Positions 24,036 to 37,100 of a stretch of DNA of 64,000 bases are shown here, one piece after another. The notes below the pieces were generated by a model. It saw nothing but the letters and a program-made list of their open reading frames with translations. It had not been told where the DNA came from and ran no database searches. Position numbers and translations under genes: made by a program. This stretch comes from Ancylonema sp. (lineage: Eukaryota): contig JBFLGF010000196.1 in the NCBI GenBank assembly GCA_050230475.1, positions 1 through 64,000 of the forward strand, read 5' to 3'. Within the stretch, counting starts at the first letter, position 1. Each line of letters begins with the position of its first letter.

Positions 24036-26717
24036 TATCGTTGTGAATGTTACGATAACACCTTACACTTACACCCGTACGTAAGATGTAACATAATGTA
24101 ACATAACATAACATGTAACTTTTACGTTTTACGCATAATTCGTAAATTACACGTTACAAGAGCCAAAAGACCTTAAAACGTAATATCCGGTAAAGTTCAG
24201 TCATATGAGTTTATAAATATTACTTTATACAAGAAATATTAAATATATAGATATAGATACATAATTATTTAAAAAAGAAAAAGAAAACATGGGTTTTTAA
24301 AAACCCTGTTACAGAGTTGTACGGACCGGCGAACCGGGGTCCCGAGGTCCCGACTTCAGACCGAGGTCCGTCCTTCTGGGTCAAAAATCCGGACCGGCTG
24401 TTTAGGGTAATATCGGTTTTTGGGGGTTTTATGGTGTTTTCCGTGGAGAAAAAACTCCGGAAGTATCTTTTTCGCAAGTACAATTCTATTTCAAATCTCA
24501 TAAAAATGTCAAGAAACTGTTAGACCTATCAAATAAGTACCGTAATGGGCACCGTAATTTTTTTCTGTTTTTTTCAAAACGATGATTTGTAATAAAGATT
24601 CCGGGAATCCGGTAGTTATTATTGATGATATTTAGCAATGATTTCTTGAAGCCTACATACAATATTCAAAACAAATCCAAATTTGGTATTAATATCAATG
24701 ATTTTTGGTTGATGATTCGGACCTTATAGGTATTAATATAAATGATTACTTTCGGGTTTCAATAATTAATTAAAAATCATTTACGGTGCCCAATACGGTG
24801 ATTAAAACCTGCAATGCATCATTGTAGATAGCGTTTTTCACCACTTTCGAGAGATATCAATTGGGACAATGCTCTAGGTCATTTGGAATGGTTACAAGTA
24901 CTCCATACTTTTTCTTTTCCGTAGTTCTGAAAAAATGCTCATGTGAGGCTCAAAGAAATGTGATGAAGGGTAACCGTATCATGACATTAAATAAAATAAG
25001 AAACACCTATATCAAACATCACATATTTTTTTTTTCCACGCTCACAACCTTAATCAAACTTCTCGCCACCTTACACATACATTCCTCACTTCTCATTTTC
25101 CTATTCTACATAAATAAATGGATAACTTTCGTGTCTATAATTGACTTACCTTATCAAACTCTATCCTTGCCTATCACTCCAAAAATATAACGACTTCTAC
25201 ACCCACGATTTCTATTATATATTTACACCCATAACGCTCTTCACTCTCCACACCACCTTAAATAACCCCCCTCTCCCCACTTCCCACTCCTCACTTTTCA
25301 CTTCCCAATAACATTTCCTCACTCCGAATAACACACTTCCAAGTACCAACTTACACCAAATTTTCAGCCATTTTGTCAATTTTGGATTTCATCATCACAA
25401 TCAATGGACGGTTGGATAGAAACATGCTATTTTGTTTTAGTTATTTATTTAATTTTGCTACAACCTCGCAAGCCAAAAATGACACATGTATGTCACACGT
25501 GTGAAATATATATAAAAAATGAAGCCCCATGTCCTCTTTCCCCGCGGAAAATTGTCTGGCACAAAACCCTAAAAGTTCCCCGGTCCGACCGGGTCCCGAC
25601 TCGGGACCCGGTCCGACCGCGGTCCGAAAATCCAGTGTTGCCGGTCCGTGCAACTATGCCCTGGTAATAGTCAGTCACAATGAATACTAATGTGTTGGAT
25701 AACATTGACAATCTGTCAAGCACCAAGTTTAAAGTGTGAGCGGTCAAGTTGCGGATGTTGGAGTGCGGAGCTCGACGTGTGGTGTCGTGCAAAATCTGGA
25801 TTGGTTAGACGTCTGTTGTTTTTTCAGTCTATAGTACTCGTTATAAGAAATGTTTTGGTGAAAAAATCAAGTGATTTGAAGAAGTATGGAGGGAGCGGTG
25901 AACTTTAGAAGTTCTGAGTACGTGGCAGAATTTAGCGTACGGACAGAATCTTTGAAAGCGTCGATAGATGTCATCTGTGGTCCGATTGGACTGATTCTTG
26001 TTGTGACGTGGTTCAGACAATTAGGAGCAGGTGTCGTGCAGGTTTAGAGATGTGTGGAAAGTGTCATTGGTGTATTTGTTGCCACGTTCGGCTGAGATGC
26101 GGAGGTGTCGAATAATAGTGACGGTGTTCAATATTATATGAGGTGTACTAGTTGAAGGGCTGCCATGTGTCGATATAGAGGTGATGCGATACTGGACAGG
26201 AGTAGAGATACTTTTGTGCGGCTGTATGCCAAGATACATGTGTAAGACTACATATGGCTGAAATACGCCAACAAGTAATAATCTGATTTTGAGGTTCTCA
26301 CGTATTCTCGAAGCGTCGTCTTTGGATGAATGTTGTGATTGAATCATCTATCTTTTGATAGGATTATCGCAATGCAGTGCAGCATGTATTTTTCTCACAT
26401 AATGTACAGTGAATGGCTTCAATGGACTCAAACCTTATTGAATCTGACGGCTGGCGAAACGTCATTTATCAATTTAAGGTCGATGGTATCCTCGCAATCG
26501 TCATTTACGGTAAATTCGCGCATAAATATCTCACCCGTAAACCCCATTTACCATGGAAACTATCTTTATTACCGGTAAGTGTAATTTACCCATGACTTAC
26601 ACTTAACGTTTCGCCTGTTGGTAATTTACCCAAACAGAAAACGTAATCTTACGTTACGCGTAAAAGTATCGTAATTACTACAATCAAACCCAAAAATACC
26701 GCAAATTCACAACGCTA
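24036..26717. mobile_element. Non-autonomous hAT-like element (outer member of a nest)
   Basis: Termini TATCGTTGTGAAT...ATTCACAACGCTA. 8-bp TSD GTTGAAAG (24028-24035) / GTTGCAAG (26718-26725). Its right ~300 bp recur at ~40555-41360. Confidence 0.75.
24312..25658. mobile_element. Non-autonomous hAT-like element nested in 24036-26717
   Basis: TIR CAGAGTTGTACGGACCGGC / GCCGGTCCGTGCAACTATG. TSD CCCTGTTA / CCCTGGTA. GGTCC/GGACC subterminal repeats. Confidence 0.8.
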
Positions 26718-26737
26718 GTTGCAAGATGGATGTTTTA

Positions 26738-27063
26738 GATGGTTGTATCCCTGATAACATTCCGATCCGGATCGGGTCCGATCCGGGTCAGTATCTTCCC
26801 GATCAGATCGGGTCTAATTTAAAGAGGGGGGGGGGGGGGGATTCTGGGGAATACGACGCATTCCAAAGGGTCCCCCCCCCCCCCTTTATTAAACCCGATT
26901 TGATTGGGAAGCTTCCCGATTGTGGCGTATCCAATACGCCACATGGTGCATATGGCGCATCCAGAATATTAAGAAGAAAACTATATTCACCTATCGGTCG
27001 GGGTTCCGATCCGGTTCCGATCCAGCCCTACCTACCTATTGGATTGGATCGGGTACAACTACT
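26738..27063. mobile_element. MITE-like element with GATCC repeats and an internal hairpin
   Basis: TGGTTGTATCCC...GGGTACAACTA termini. Inverted repeat 26795-26911 (G-run versus C-run). Confidence 0.5.
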
Positions 27064-27355
27064 GCCAAGATTCGAGCGACGTGTTTACAGCATGCGTGTG
27101 TGAGTGTTATTAAATGGTGATTCATTCGTGAAAAGTGACTCAATTTGGCCCTATTTATAAGTAAAATAAATCATAAAAAATGCCGTTTTACAAACATAAA
27201 TACTACCATCAAAACGTTCCTATGTGTTGCATAGGGTGCGGCGGTAGTTGTATTTTACATGATGTTAAACGACGATCGCTAGTGAACCTCATATCATGTA
27301 TGGAAACTCAAGTGCATAATATCAACTTACATTACGGATATTGAGTAGTTTGAGA

Positions 27356-27707
27356 CATAGTTGCACGGACCGGCGGACCGGACGTCCCGCTTCCGCACCG
27401 GGGTCCGTCCTTCTAGGTCAAATTGTCGGACCGGCGGTTTAATAATTTCGGTTTTCCTTACGGATTTACCGTGGAGAAAATAAACCGGAAAAAAATATTT
27501 TGTTTATCATTCTACCTTGTGCATTGTGAAAAAATGGAAGAAAAATATACACCTTTAAAATTCCCTGACATGATTATTTCCCCTCGAAATTGCCGGGAAA
27601 AACCAAAACCTAAAATACTCCCGGTCCGACCGGGTCCCGACTTCGGACCCGGTCCGAAGTCTTTGGACCCGGTCCCATAAAAATAATTACCGGTCTGTGC
27701 AACTATG
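27356..27707. mobile_element. hAT-like MITE, short relative of 24312-25658
   Basis: TIR CATAGTTGCACGGACCGG / CCGGTCTGTGCAACTATG. Degenerate TSD GTTTGAGA / GTTTCAAA. Confidence 0.75.
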
Positions 27708-28029
27708 GTTTCAAAAGAGGATGAATCATCTAACTACGGACGAACACATAACATGTATCAACCATCATTAACCCCGCATACGAAAGACCAAAGTGCTGTC
27801 TTTCCATGACGATACACGTAAATCATCATTCTTTAGTCACCACCAAGCCTTAATACATTATTCTAACAAACTAGGGACGTGTCCTTCTACTATACAAATA
27901 AGGAACCCGGAAATGGTACCGAACGTCACGTGGACTTGAAAACTTTGCTCAACAGACACATGTCTTCCGTGTTGAAAGGTGAAGCTTCGTTGGCCACCTC
28001 GTTCTCAGCGGGAACGAACAGGTGGAACG

Positions 28030-31000
28030 CACACTTCAGTACACCGTCTTTTTTTGTCGGCATTAGGACGAAACCGCCTTTTCACCATTTGGCTATCAAG
28101 TAGGCCGGTATGGATTTCAAAACCAAATCTGGGTTCATATCAAATACACGGTCGGAGCGAGGAGCCCAAAAGTAGGCTCGGATCCGGAGCATATACAATA
28201 AAACCCCTACACATAAATCTTCGTTATAAGAAACATTTTGTTATAATAAATTTGAAAAAAAAAACACAGCTTTTGACCCCCCCGGCCAAAACTTCCCCGT
28301 TCTATAATAACAAACCTTGTTATAAGAACCAATCGATCCTTCGCCTATTAATGTCCTTATACAATTCATCCCAATTTCTCCGTAAGAACCGTTTCTAAAC
28401 TCTACAATAATGAAATCGGGTAGGCGAGCTCTTTTTATTCCCGCGGTAAAGTTTATCTCTTCATACGTGATTTACTAGACGGATTCCTTTGGGTGGTACA
28501 AATAGAAAATCACCTTTGCGCGATGTATTGGGTTCACAATTTACGAGAAGTGTTAAACATACATATTCTTCTCAATAAGTTCGTCGTGATTTTTTCAAGT
28601 CTCAAGTTGCTCAACGATGCACACAAGCGTGTTTTGTGGCTAGAAACTGCACATATTTCTTTTGTTTGACACGTTCATCCATTAAAAAACCTAGTGTGGT
28701 TGTTCACAATTATACAAGGTTGCTTCATTCAGGTTGGGTTATGTCTTTAGTTGTTTACGAATATAGTCGGCAAAGTCTTCACCGTGCTCACTGGATTCTT
28801 TCTCTACTTAGTAATAGCCCCTACCCCGTATCACGCAACCCTCTAACCACTACCCACATCTACATCTAGCATTTACATATGTATGTGACACCTATATCTA
28901 GAACTTGGTATCTACATCTAGCGTTTCGGATTTCCATTTCGGCATTATAAGCAACTCTTCATTATCCTACTCAAGCGACACTTTGAAGTTGAAGGCACAA
29001 TTGGTGTACTTTGGCTAGGTCAAGCTAGGCTATGTTGAAAATCTATACCTGTTTTCTTTTCCAAACATTCGTTTCCCCTCATCTCGCCTATGCCTCGAAG
29101 GGCCAGCATTGCAAGCGGCCTACAAATAGAAAGTAAGAATATATCGAAATATGATTCAAAAAAATGATGGCTTGGATAACCATGGCCTCGTTTGGAGGAA
29201 CAGGGATGTGATTTCGGGCCTCTTTAATATATGTGGCAAATGTACGATCTGGAGTCCGAGGCGGCAGAGGTAGAGTGGCGACGGGAAGAGAAAACGGCCG
29301 AATAAAAACAAACAAAAGAGGTGATGACCAAGTGTGCCACCACCGCCGAGGTGCATACCGAGTGGGTCATAGCGGCCAGGTTGAAGGTTAGCGAGGCGGC
29401 CACGAGGCGAGAAGAATCCGGTGAACAAAACGAGGCTCGGGATTGTAGATTAAAAAATAGTCACCCACATAATATTGTAAAAAACAATTTGGTTGCATGT
29501 TGGAGGAAGCCAAGGAGTAGGAGAGGAACGACTGCATTCTTTAATCTAGAGCAAAAAACGGGACAAAAATCGAGCTACATCTAGTGGGTATTGTTGGTCG
29601 AAAGAAAGACAAAATCGGAGTGTTAAGTACCATGAGGGGAGATGCAGCACGAGATAAATGTGGCACCACGCCGTTCTCAGCCGGTGTCCTCGTCGGTGGT
29701 TGTGGCAAACATCCCATAGCAAAGACGGTTGTCGAGCTTCATCCGGTTTTGGGATGATAAAATCAAAACTGGATTTGGTTGCGATTCAAAGGAAGTGAAC
29801 AAACCTAAGGTGAGTATGCGCTTGCGGGTTATTTGAAGGTGTGGAGCGGTAGTCAATAGCAATGCAATGAGCACTTTCGAACTCCCTTAGGATTGTGCTT
29901 TAATGAACATGTTTTGCGATTTTCTACGGATTATATATATATATATATAAAAAAGGCCCAAAATCACTTTTCTATTTCCCCAAAACGAGCCATGGTTATC
30001 CTAACCGGATCTTGTTTCAATCATACGTCAATATAATTATTGCCTAACTTCCCTTTTGCAGGCTGTTTGCAATGTCGGCTCCTCAAGGTATAGGCGAGAC
30101 GAGGGGAAACGAATGTTTGGAAAAGAAAACACGTAAAGATTTTTAATATAGCCTAGCTTGACCTAGCCAAAGTACACCAACTGTGCCTTCATCGTCAAAG
30201 GTTTTTTAGCAACTCCTTATTCTCCTACTCAAGTGTTCCCAATCTTTAACGGTGAAGGCAAAGTTGTGGTATTTGTTGGAGTCTTGGCTAGGCTAAGCAA
30301 AGCTAGGCTATGTTGTAATCTCAACCTCTTTTCATTTCCAAACATTCGTTTCCCCTCGTCTCGCCTATACCTCGAGGAGCCGATATTGCAAGCGGCCTGC
30401 AAAATGAAAACTAGGCAATAATTATACAGACATATGATTATTTAATTTTAAAAAAAACAAAAAAAAAACGGTAAGGATAACCATGGCTCATTTTGTGGAA
30501 ATAGAAAAGTGATTTTGCGACTTTTTTATATATATATTTTTTCGTAGAGAATCGCAAAACATGTTCATCAAAGCACAATCCTAAGGGAGTGCGAAAGTGC
30601 TCATTGCATTGCTATTGACTACCGCTCCACACCTTCAAATAACCCGCAAGCGCATACTCACCTTAGGTTTGTTCACTTCCTTTGAATCGCAACCAAATCC
30701 AGTTTTGATTTTATCATCCCAAAACCGGATGAAGCTCGACAACCGTCTTTGCTATGGGATGTTTGCCACAACCACCGACGAGGACACCGGCTGAGAACGG
30801 CGTGGTGCCACATTTATCTCGTGCTGCATCTCCCCTCATGGTACTTAACACTCCGATTTTGTCTTTCTTTCGACCAACAATACCCACTAGATGTAGCTCG
30901 ATTTTTGTCCCGTTTTTTGCTCTAGATTAAAGAATGCAGTCGTTCCTCTCCTACTCCTTGGCTTCCTCCAACATGCAACCAAATTGTTTTTTACAATATT

Positions 31001-32600
31001 ATGTGGGTGACTATTTTTTAATCTACAATCCCGAGCCTCGTTTTGTTCACCGGATTCTTCTCGCCTCGTGGCCGCCTCGCTAACCTTCAACCTGGCCGCT
31101 ATGACCCACTCGGTATGCACCTCGGCGGTGGTGGCACACTTGGTCATCACCTCTTTTGTTTGTTTTTATTCGGCCGTTTTCTCTTCCCGTCGCCACTCTA
31201 CCTCTGCCGCCTCGGACTCCAGATCGTACATTTGCCACATATATTAAAGAGGCCCGAAATCACATCCCTGTTCCTCCAAACGAGGCCATGGTTATCCAAG
31301 CCATCATTTTTTTGAATCATATTTCGATATATTCTTACTTTCTATTTGTAGGCCGCTTGCAATGCTGGCCCTTCGAGGCATAGGCGAGATGAGGGGAAAC
31401 GAATGTTTGGAAAAGAAAACGGGTACAAATTTTTAATATAGCCGAGCTTGACCTAGCCACAATACACCAACTGTGCCTTTATCGCCAACGTGTTGAAATA
31501 CTTGAGTAGGAGAATAAGTAGTTGCTTACAATGCCGATACGTCATTCCGAAACGTTAAATGTAGATGCTAAGTTCAATATATAGATGTCATGTAAAAATA
31601 TAAATGCGGGTAGTGGTTATAGGGTCGCGTGATATGGGGTGGGGGCTATCACAAACTAAAGAAACACTCTAGTGATTACATTGAATAATATCCCGACCAT
31701 ATCGATAAGTAGCGAAAGCCATATCGAACTATGATCCGAAAGAAAACGACCTAGTACACTTGTAAACAAGCCCAAAGTTTCTCAAAGGATGAGCGTATCA
31801 AGTAAAATAATATTGTCAAATATGCGAGCCACAAAAAACGCTCGATTTTTAACGTTGAGCAACGAGTAACTTGAAAAAATCACGACGAAATTATTCATAA
31901 GAATATGTATGTTAAATAATTATCGTAAAATTGTTAACCCAAAGTGTCGGGCAAAATCGATTTATAATACGTACCACCCAAAGGATTTCGTCGATTAAGT
32001 GATGTGGATGGAAACATAAATCTTATCGCGGGAATGAAAGAGCGCAAAATATTACTCGGCTCCCCAAATTTCAACAGCTTTGAACGGACTTCAAAATAGA
32101 AATTGTGATACATTATGTAAGGATATCAATCGTATTAATTTAATACGCGAAATATTGATTGATAAATGCAACATAGTTTCTTGGAGCATTTTTTTCCAAT
32201 GGTTTTATTGGAAGATTTACCCGTATCATAACTTATGATACATTTTAAAAAAAATCGAAAAACAACAGAAGTCTTATGATTCATAAGACTTCTCTATTTG
32301 TTTGTTTCTTATAGCAAGGTTTTGTATGCCTAAACGGGAAGGTTTTGGGGGGGGGGGTAAAAATCCGAGAAAAAAATTGATGTCAACCAAATGTATCTGG
32401 TAACGAAGTTTTGTGTATCGGAATTGTACTATAGATGCTCCGGATCCGAGGTCACTTTTGGGCTCCGCTATGTGATCGTAGGTTTGGGCTCGGATCACCA
32501 CCGGATGTGAGCCCGGATCGGACTTGAAAAAAAAAAGGGGGTAGAGAGGTAGTTGCGTTCTGCTGCCAACAAAAGAAGATGGTGAACATTTCAGAGTTGG
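28030..32600. repeat. ~4.6-kb quasi-palindrome (foldback-like), centre ~30235
   Basis: Four mirrored ORF pairs have identical translations (29088/31156, 29156/31043, 29321/30887, 29677/30597). Diverged inverted similarity continues outward, e.g. GAGCCCAAAAGT..CGGATCCGGAGCAT at ~28162 versus ~32435-32465. Confidence 0.9.
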
Positions 32601-33174
32601 CGCAAGGGAAATGATAACGGTGGCGACGGAAACACTGCGGAGGAGATGGTGGTCATACAAGAAACGATAGGATAGGTGCGTGACTATTACACAGATGTTA
32701 TCGCGAAAAGGGGGTGCGACGAAGTCGGGCGTCGAGAAGCTTCTCTCCTTGCGAGAGGCTGTTGTCACAAGCTTCGAGTTGAACGCAGCCTCGATGGCCG
32801 CGCACACGTATGCTACTGGCGGTGGTGAGAAGGGAGCGGAGGGGGCTCCTCCCTCCGCTCCAACAACCTCCAATAAAGAAAAAAAGGAGACTTCAAAAAG
32901 TGAGGCGCTTTTTATGTAGACGCCTATGCGCACATGCAGGTGTTGACGTGACTGGCACTTTTGGTTGCGATTATGGTTGTTATTATGGGACCTTAACCCC
33001 ATCACGTCTCAAGACAGGCCAGTACAAAGATCTCGAACTTGATGGAGTTACCACCCATTCTCTCATCCCACTCATGGGCCTAGTCCCAACTATTCTCGTC
33101 GGAGACCTAACTATTCTGGTCCTATTCCTCACTATTATAGTCCTAGTCTTCACTATTCTAGTCCTAGGCCTAAG

Positions 33175-33680
33175 TAGGGATGCGCTCCCCCGTTTATAAT
33201 GAAGAAGAATATGGTGCATATGTCCCGCCCCCCGCCCCTCGTCCCTCGTTGACGGGGGGACACCCCGGATCAGGGTATCCAAGCTGTATAGGTTGTCAAA
33301 ATGGGGACCTAGCTGAAAACGGGGGATACGAGGGGCTATTCGGCGGATTACGATGGACACAGGGGAGGAAACGGCGGAAAACGGTGCGCACAGTGGAGGA
33401 CCCGGGGGAACGAATAGGGGTCGCCGTTGATTCCGTGCATCCAACAACTGAAAGGCCAGAAAGACCTAAGACCCGATACCCCATGTCCCCCCGTAGTCTC
33501 CCACGTGTCCCCCGTTCTTTTTATGTTTCTCTTGTAGCCTCCCCCGCATACCCCGATTTCCCGTTTCCCCAAACTGCGGATGCGTCCCCCGCATTACCCC
33601 GTATTTTGAGAATAAGCATGCGGCGGATCCCTCATAATGGGACGGGGGACGGGGGAGCCGGAGAATGGGGGAGCACCATT
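33175..33680. mobile_element. Degenerate MITE-like element beside the copia 3' LTR
   Basis: TAGGGATGCGCTCCCCC versus GGGGGAGCACC, with GTCCCC/GGGGAC subterminal repeats. No TSD found. Confidence 0.4.
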
Positions 33681-34128
33681 TAAGCTTTTGAGTGATTAGA
33701 CGTGCAGGGGATTTGGTGGGCGACAAAACGAACCGTACGCAAAAGGATCTCTATCACTGATGATCAACGAGACAGGAGTTGCGTGAATGGAACGAATTAA
33801 TTATTGTGATCGCATCGGGGATGGTAATACCCGATGCGTTTTACATGTCGTTGTGTGCCGACGGTCGGTACAATTGACCGTCGGCCTATCGCTGAGTGAA
33901 CTCATCTACGTGTCAACGGCACCTATGCCGGACACTCCTGACACGACTAAAACAAACAAATCACGACACGTAAAGCAATAACGACTCTAAGTGTCGACAA
34001 CAGATCAGGTGCCCGGACACAATCGTGCCCGGCCCCGCATATAAGCACATCTAGGAAATTGCTCCCGGTTAGAGTACGGTTACAATTGGACTAGCAAGCA
34101 TAAAGTATGCTATCCAAATATTCCAACA
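33681..34128 (-). repeat. copia 3' LTR
   Basis: Direct repeat of 39758-40207. Minus strand reads TGTTGGAA...AAGCTTA. Confidence 0.92.
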
Positions 34129-37100
34129 CACCCCCTCAGATGCCATGCTAAAGTTGGCATAGATGTGGACATCCAAGGGACTACCCTAGTTATAGCTAAA
34201 TTATGGCAGAACCATTGCATAGCCTATGAAGTAGTGTGGTCTTTCCTAGCATACAAGCGTGCTAGGGGGGCCTATCTACAAATGCAGCTGATCGGAAGCC
34301 GATCGGAACTTCAAAACGTCGATAGCTCCAGATCCGTAGTCGTTTCGTTTTTCAGGCCGAAGCCCTGAACATACAAACAAATACCACAAGAAAAACAAAA
34401 AACTTAAGAAAATTTTGACTTTTTCACTTTTCATAATGTTTTTTGACTTTTGTACTTTCTTCCAGTCTGGAAACTTCAAAACGGCATAACTTCAAAAGTA
34501 CCGAACATATCAGCACCAAATTTTGACACAAGTTTTGTAACATTGATGAAAAACTACATTCTTAAATTCAGCGCAAACGGACCACTTCAAACTTGAGCAG
34601 ATCTGCACTTTCTGATCTATCCATTAGTGTCCTTAATTGTTCTTAAGTGTTCTTTACGAGGTATTAAGGCAAGAGTGTGACTTAGCTGGATGGGCTGAAG
34701 TTGTTGTACCCTCCCTATATGAACTTCTGCATGAAAGAAACACAAAACACACCCCCTGCCAACATGCATGGCATTCGAAACCTCCATAATAAAATAAAAG
34801 GAAAAGACTGACACCCCCAGTTCAGTATATCCGTCCAAAACCTAGACTTTTGCTGTGTCTGTCCAGTAAAACCTGTGGGAGAGCTTTGATTAGCATATCT
34901 GCTGGTTGATTTGCCCCTGCAAGGTACACATACTTTAGTCTCCCAGTGCTGTGGCATTCCCGTACCCAGTGATAGACCACATTAAAATTGTTTCGCTTTC
35001 TGTCGTTGCACAGGGTTCTGAATCATGGAGAGAGCAGACGTAGATCAGTGTGGATTGTTATATTGTTTGGAAACTTGAGTTCGTGCAAGAGAGACCTTAG
35101 ATAGCAGCATTCTTTAATATACTACAGGCAGCGAATATTCAGCCTCAGTAGTGTTCTGTGCAACAGTAGACTGTTTCTGTGACTTCCAACTCAGTGCTGT
35201 TCCCCAACCGTGGTTACCCATCCTGCCTGTGACTGACTTTCCTGTCATACTGCAGCTGTTCTATGATGCATCACAGTAACCCTTAACTTCAAAGCTGTCT
35301 TTTCCCACAAACGTTAGTCCGTGGTTGACAGTCCCTTCCAGGTATCTGAATAGTTGATGTAGTGCCCTTATGTGTGCGACCCCAGGATGACCCATGTGTT
35401 TAGCCGTTACCCCTAGTGCATATGCGATGTCCAGTCTGGTTTGTTTCAATGGCGTAAATGAGAGATCCCACTTTTCCTCGGAAGTCTGTTATTTCATCAA
35501 GGGTAGGTGGACGGTTTGGTTCATCATCTTGCGTAAACTGTGTTCCAGGGGCGAGTGGAAGTTTTGTTGGATTACATTCATGCATTCCGTACCGTTCTAG
35601 AACCCCCTTCAAGAATCCTAACTGTCCCAGTGTGAGCAGTTTTCTTTGTCTGTCCCTCTTCACTTCCACCCCCAGGGTATGGGTTAGGGGACCCAGATCC
35701 TTGACTTTAAACTTTTTACCCATGTCCCCTTCAAATGTTTTGACCACCATTGCGTTAGGACCTGTGATGACCTGATCATCTACATGAATGCCCAGTATGA
35801 TTCTGCTGTCCCCCTCTCCCCTCATGTATATCAAGTATCCATGACACATTGTTTAAACCCTTCAGATATCATGATTTTTCTGAACATTTCTTGCCACACG
35901 TGGCTACTCTGTTTTAGTCCATACAAAGCACCCTTCAGTCGTAAGACCTTTCCCTCAGCACCCCCTTTATATACATATGGTTGGTATGTTCATATATACT
36001 TCCTCTTCCAGACGTCCATGCAGGAACGCTGTGATTACGTCCATCTGTTCCAGTTCCCAGTCAAAGTGGTTTGCTATAGAGAGGAGTAGAGTGATAGATG
36101 TACTGTCGATTACTGGTGCAAATACTTCATTATAGTCAATTCCCTCTTGCTGTAAAAATCCATGTGCGACCAGTCTAACTTTATATCTTTCAATATCCCC
36201 CTTAGGTGTTATTTTGACCTTAAAAACATAGCGACACCCCACAACCTTTTTACCTGGAGGAAGAACACACACCTAAAAGGTGTTGAAGCAGCGAGATCTT
36301 CAACGAGCGCTCTGTCCCACTAGTCCCAGTCTGGCCTCCTCATGGCATGGTTGAGGGTGAGTGGCTCGGAGGAATTGTTGGATGTTGCGATGCAAGCGTA
36401 GCCAGGGTCTACTGGACCGTTGAAGCTAGTGAAAAAGAAGCTGGGCTCCCACTCAGTCGCTGAGTAGTTGGCGTGTGCCTCGTCGTCGAACTCCTCCCCA
36501 TCACATCACAGAATGTCGCCATACTGGGCAAAGTTGGCTCTGCGTCTGGCCATCTGCCTGGCTCCCCCACCTCTGGGTTCCCCCATTTCTGGGTTCGCAC
36601 CCCCTCCTTGCACCTCCTCCTCCCCTGCATCTCCACCTCTTGCATTGTTGATCCCAGACTGGCTGTCAGACAGCTCAATCGCAATGATGGGGACCTCAGC
36701 AGCTTGTGGTTGGAAGTCGTCGTGCTGAAGATTGTTGGTAGCTGGAGCTAGGGCTGGTGCTGCTGGAGCTGCTGGGGCTGCTGGAGCTGGCATTGGTGGC
36801 ACGACTGCAGGCATGTTGGGGGGAACTGCTGTTGCTGGCACAACTGCTGCTGGTGGCTCATCTTTGGTGTCGGAGAACAGATAAAAGAAGTGTTTTTCTG
36901 CTGCTACCTCAACCTAGAGAGCTCTCCCCCCCATCAGTTTCGGGTACCCCGGCACCTCCTCGAAGAACCGCCCGTCCGTGCGTGCTATCACCCCCACCCT
37001 ATGAGGGTCGAACACGTTGTAGCCTGCACTCCCGGCAGCCATCCCCAGAAACACACCAAAACACGTGCGAGGAGCAAACTTGACCCCTTGCCTGTTCTTT

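Noticed and set aside
29088..31383. Four pairs of duplicated short ORFs as genes
   Set aside because: By-products of the inverted repeat; no recognisable motifs.
32274..33005. 243-aa minus-strand ORF
   Set aside because: Overlaps a palindrome arm; no motif or splice support.
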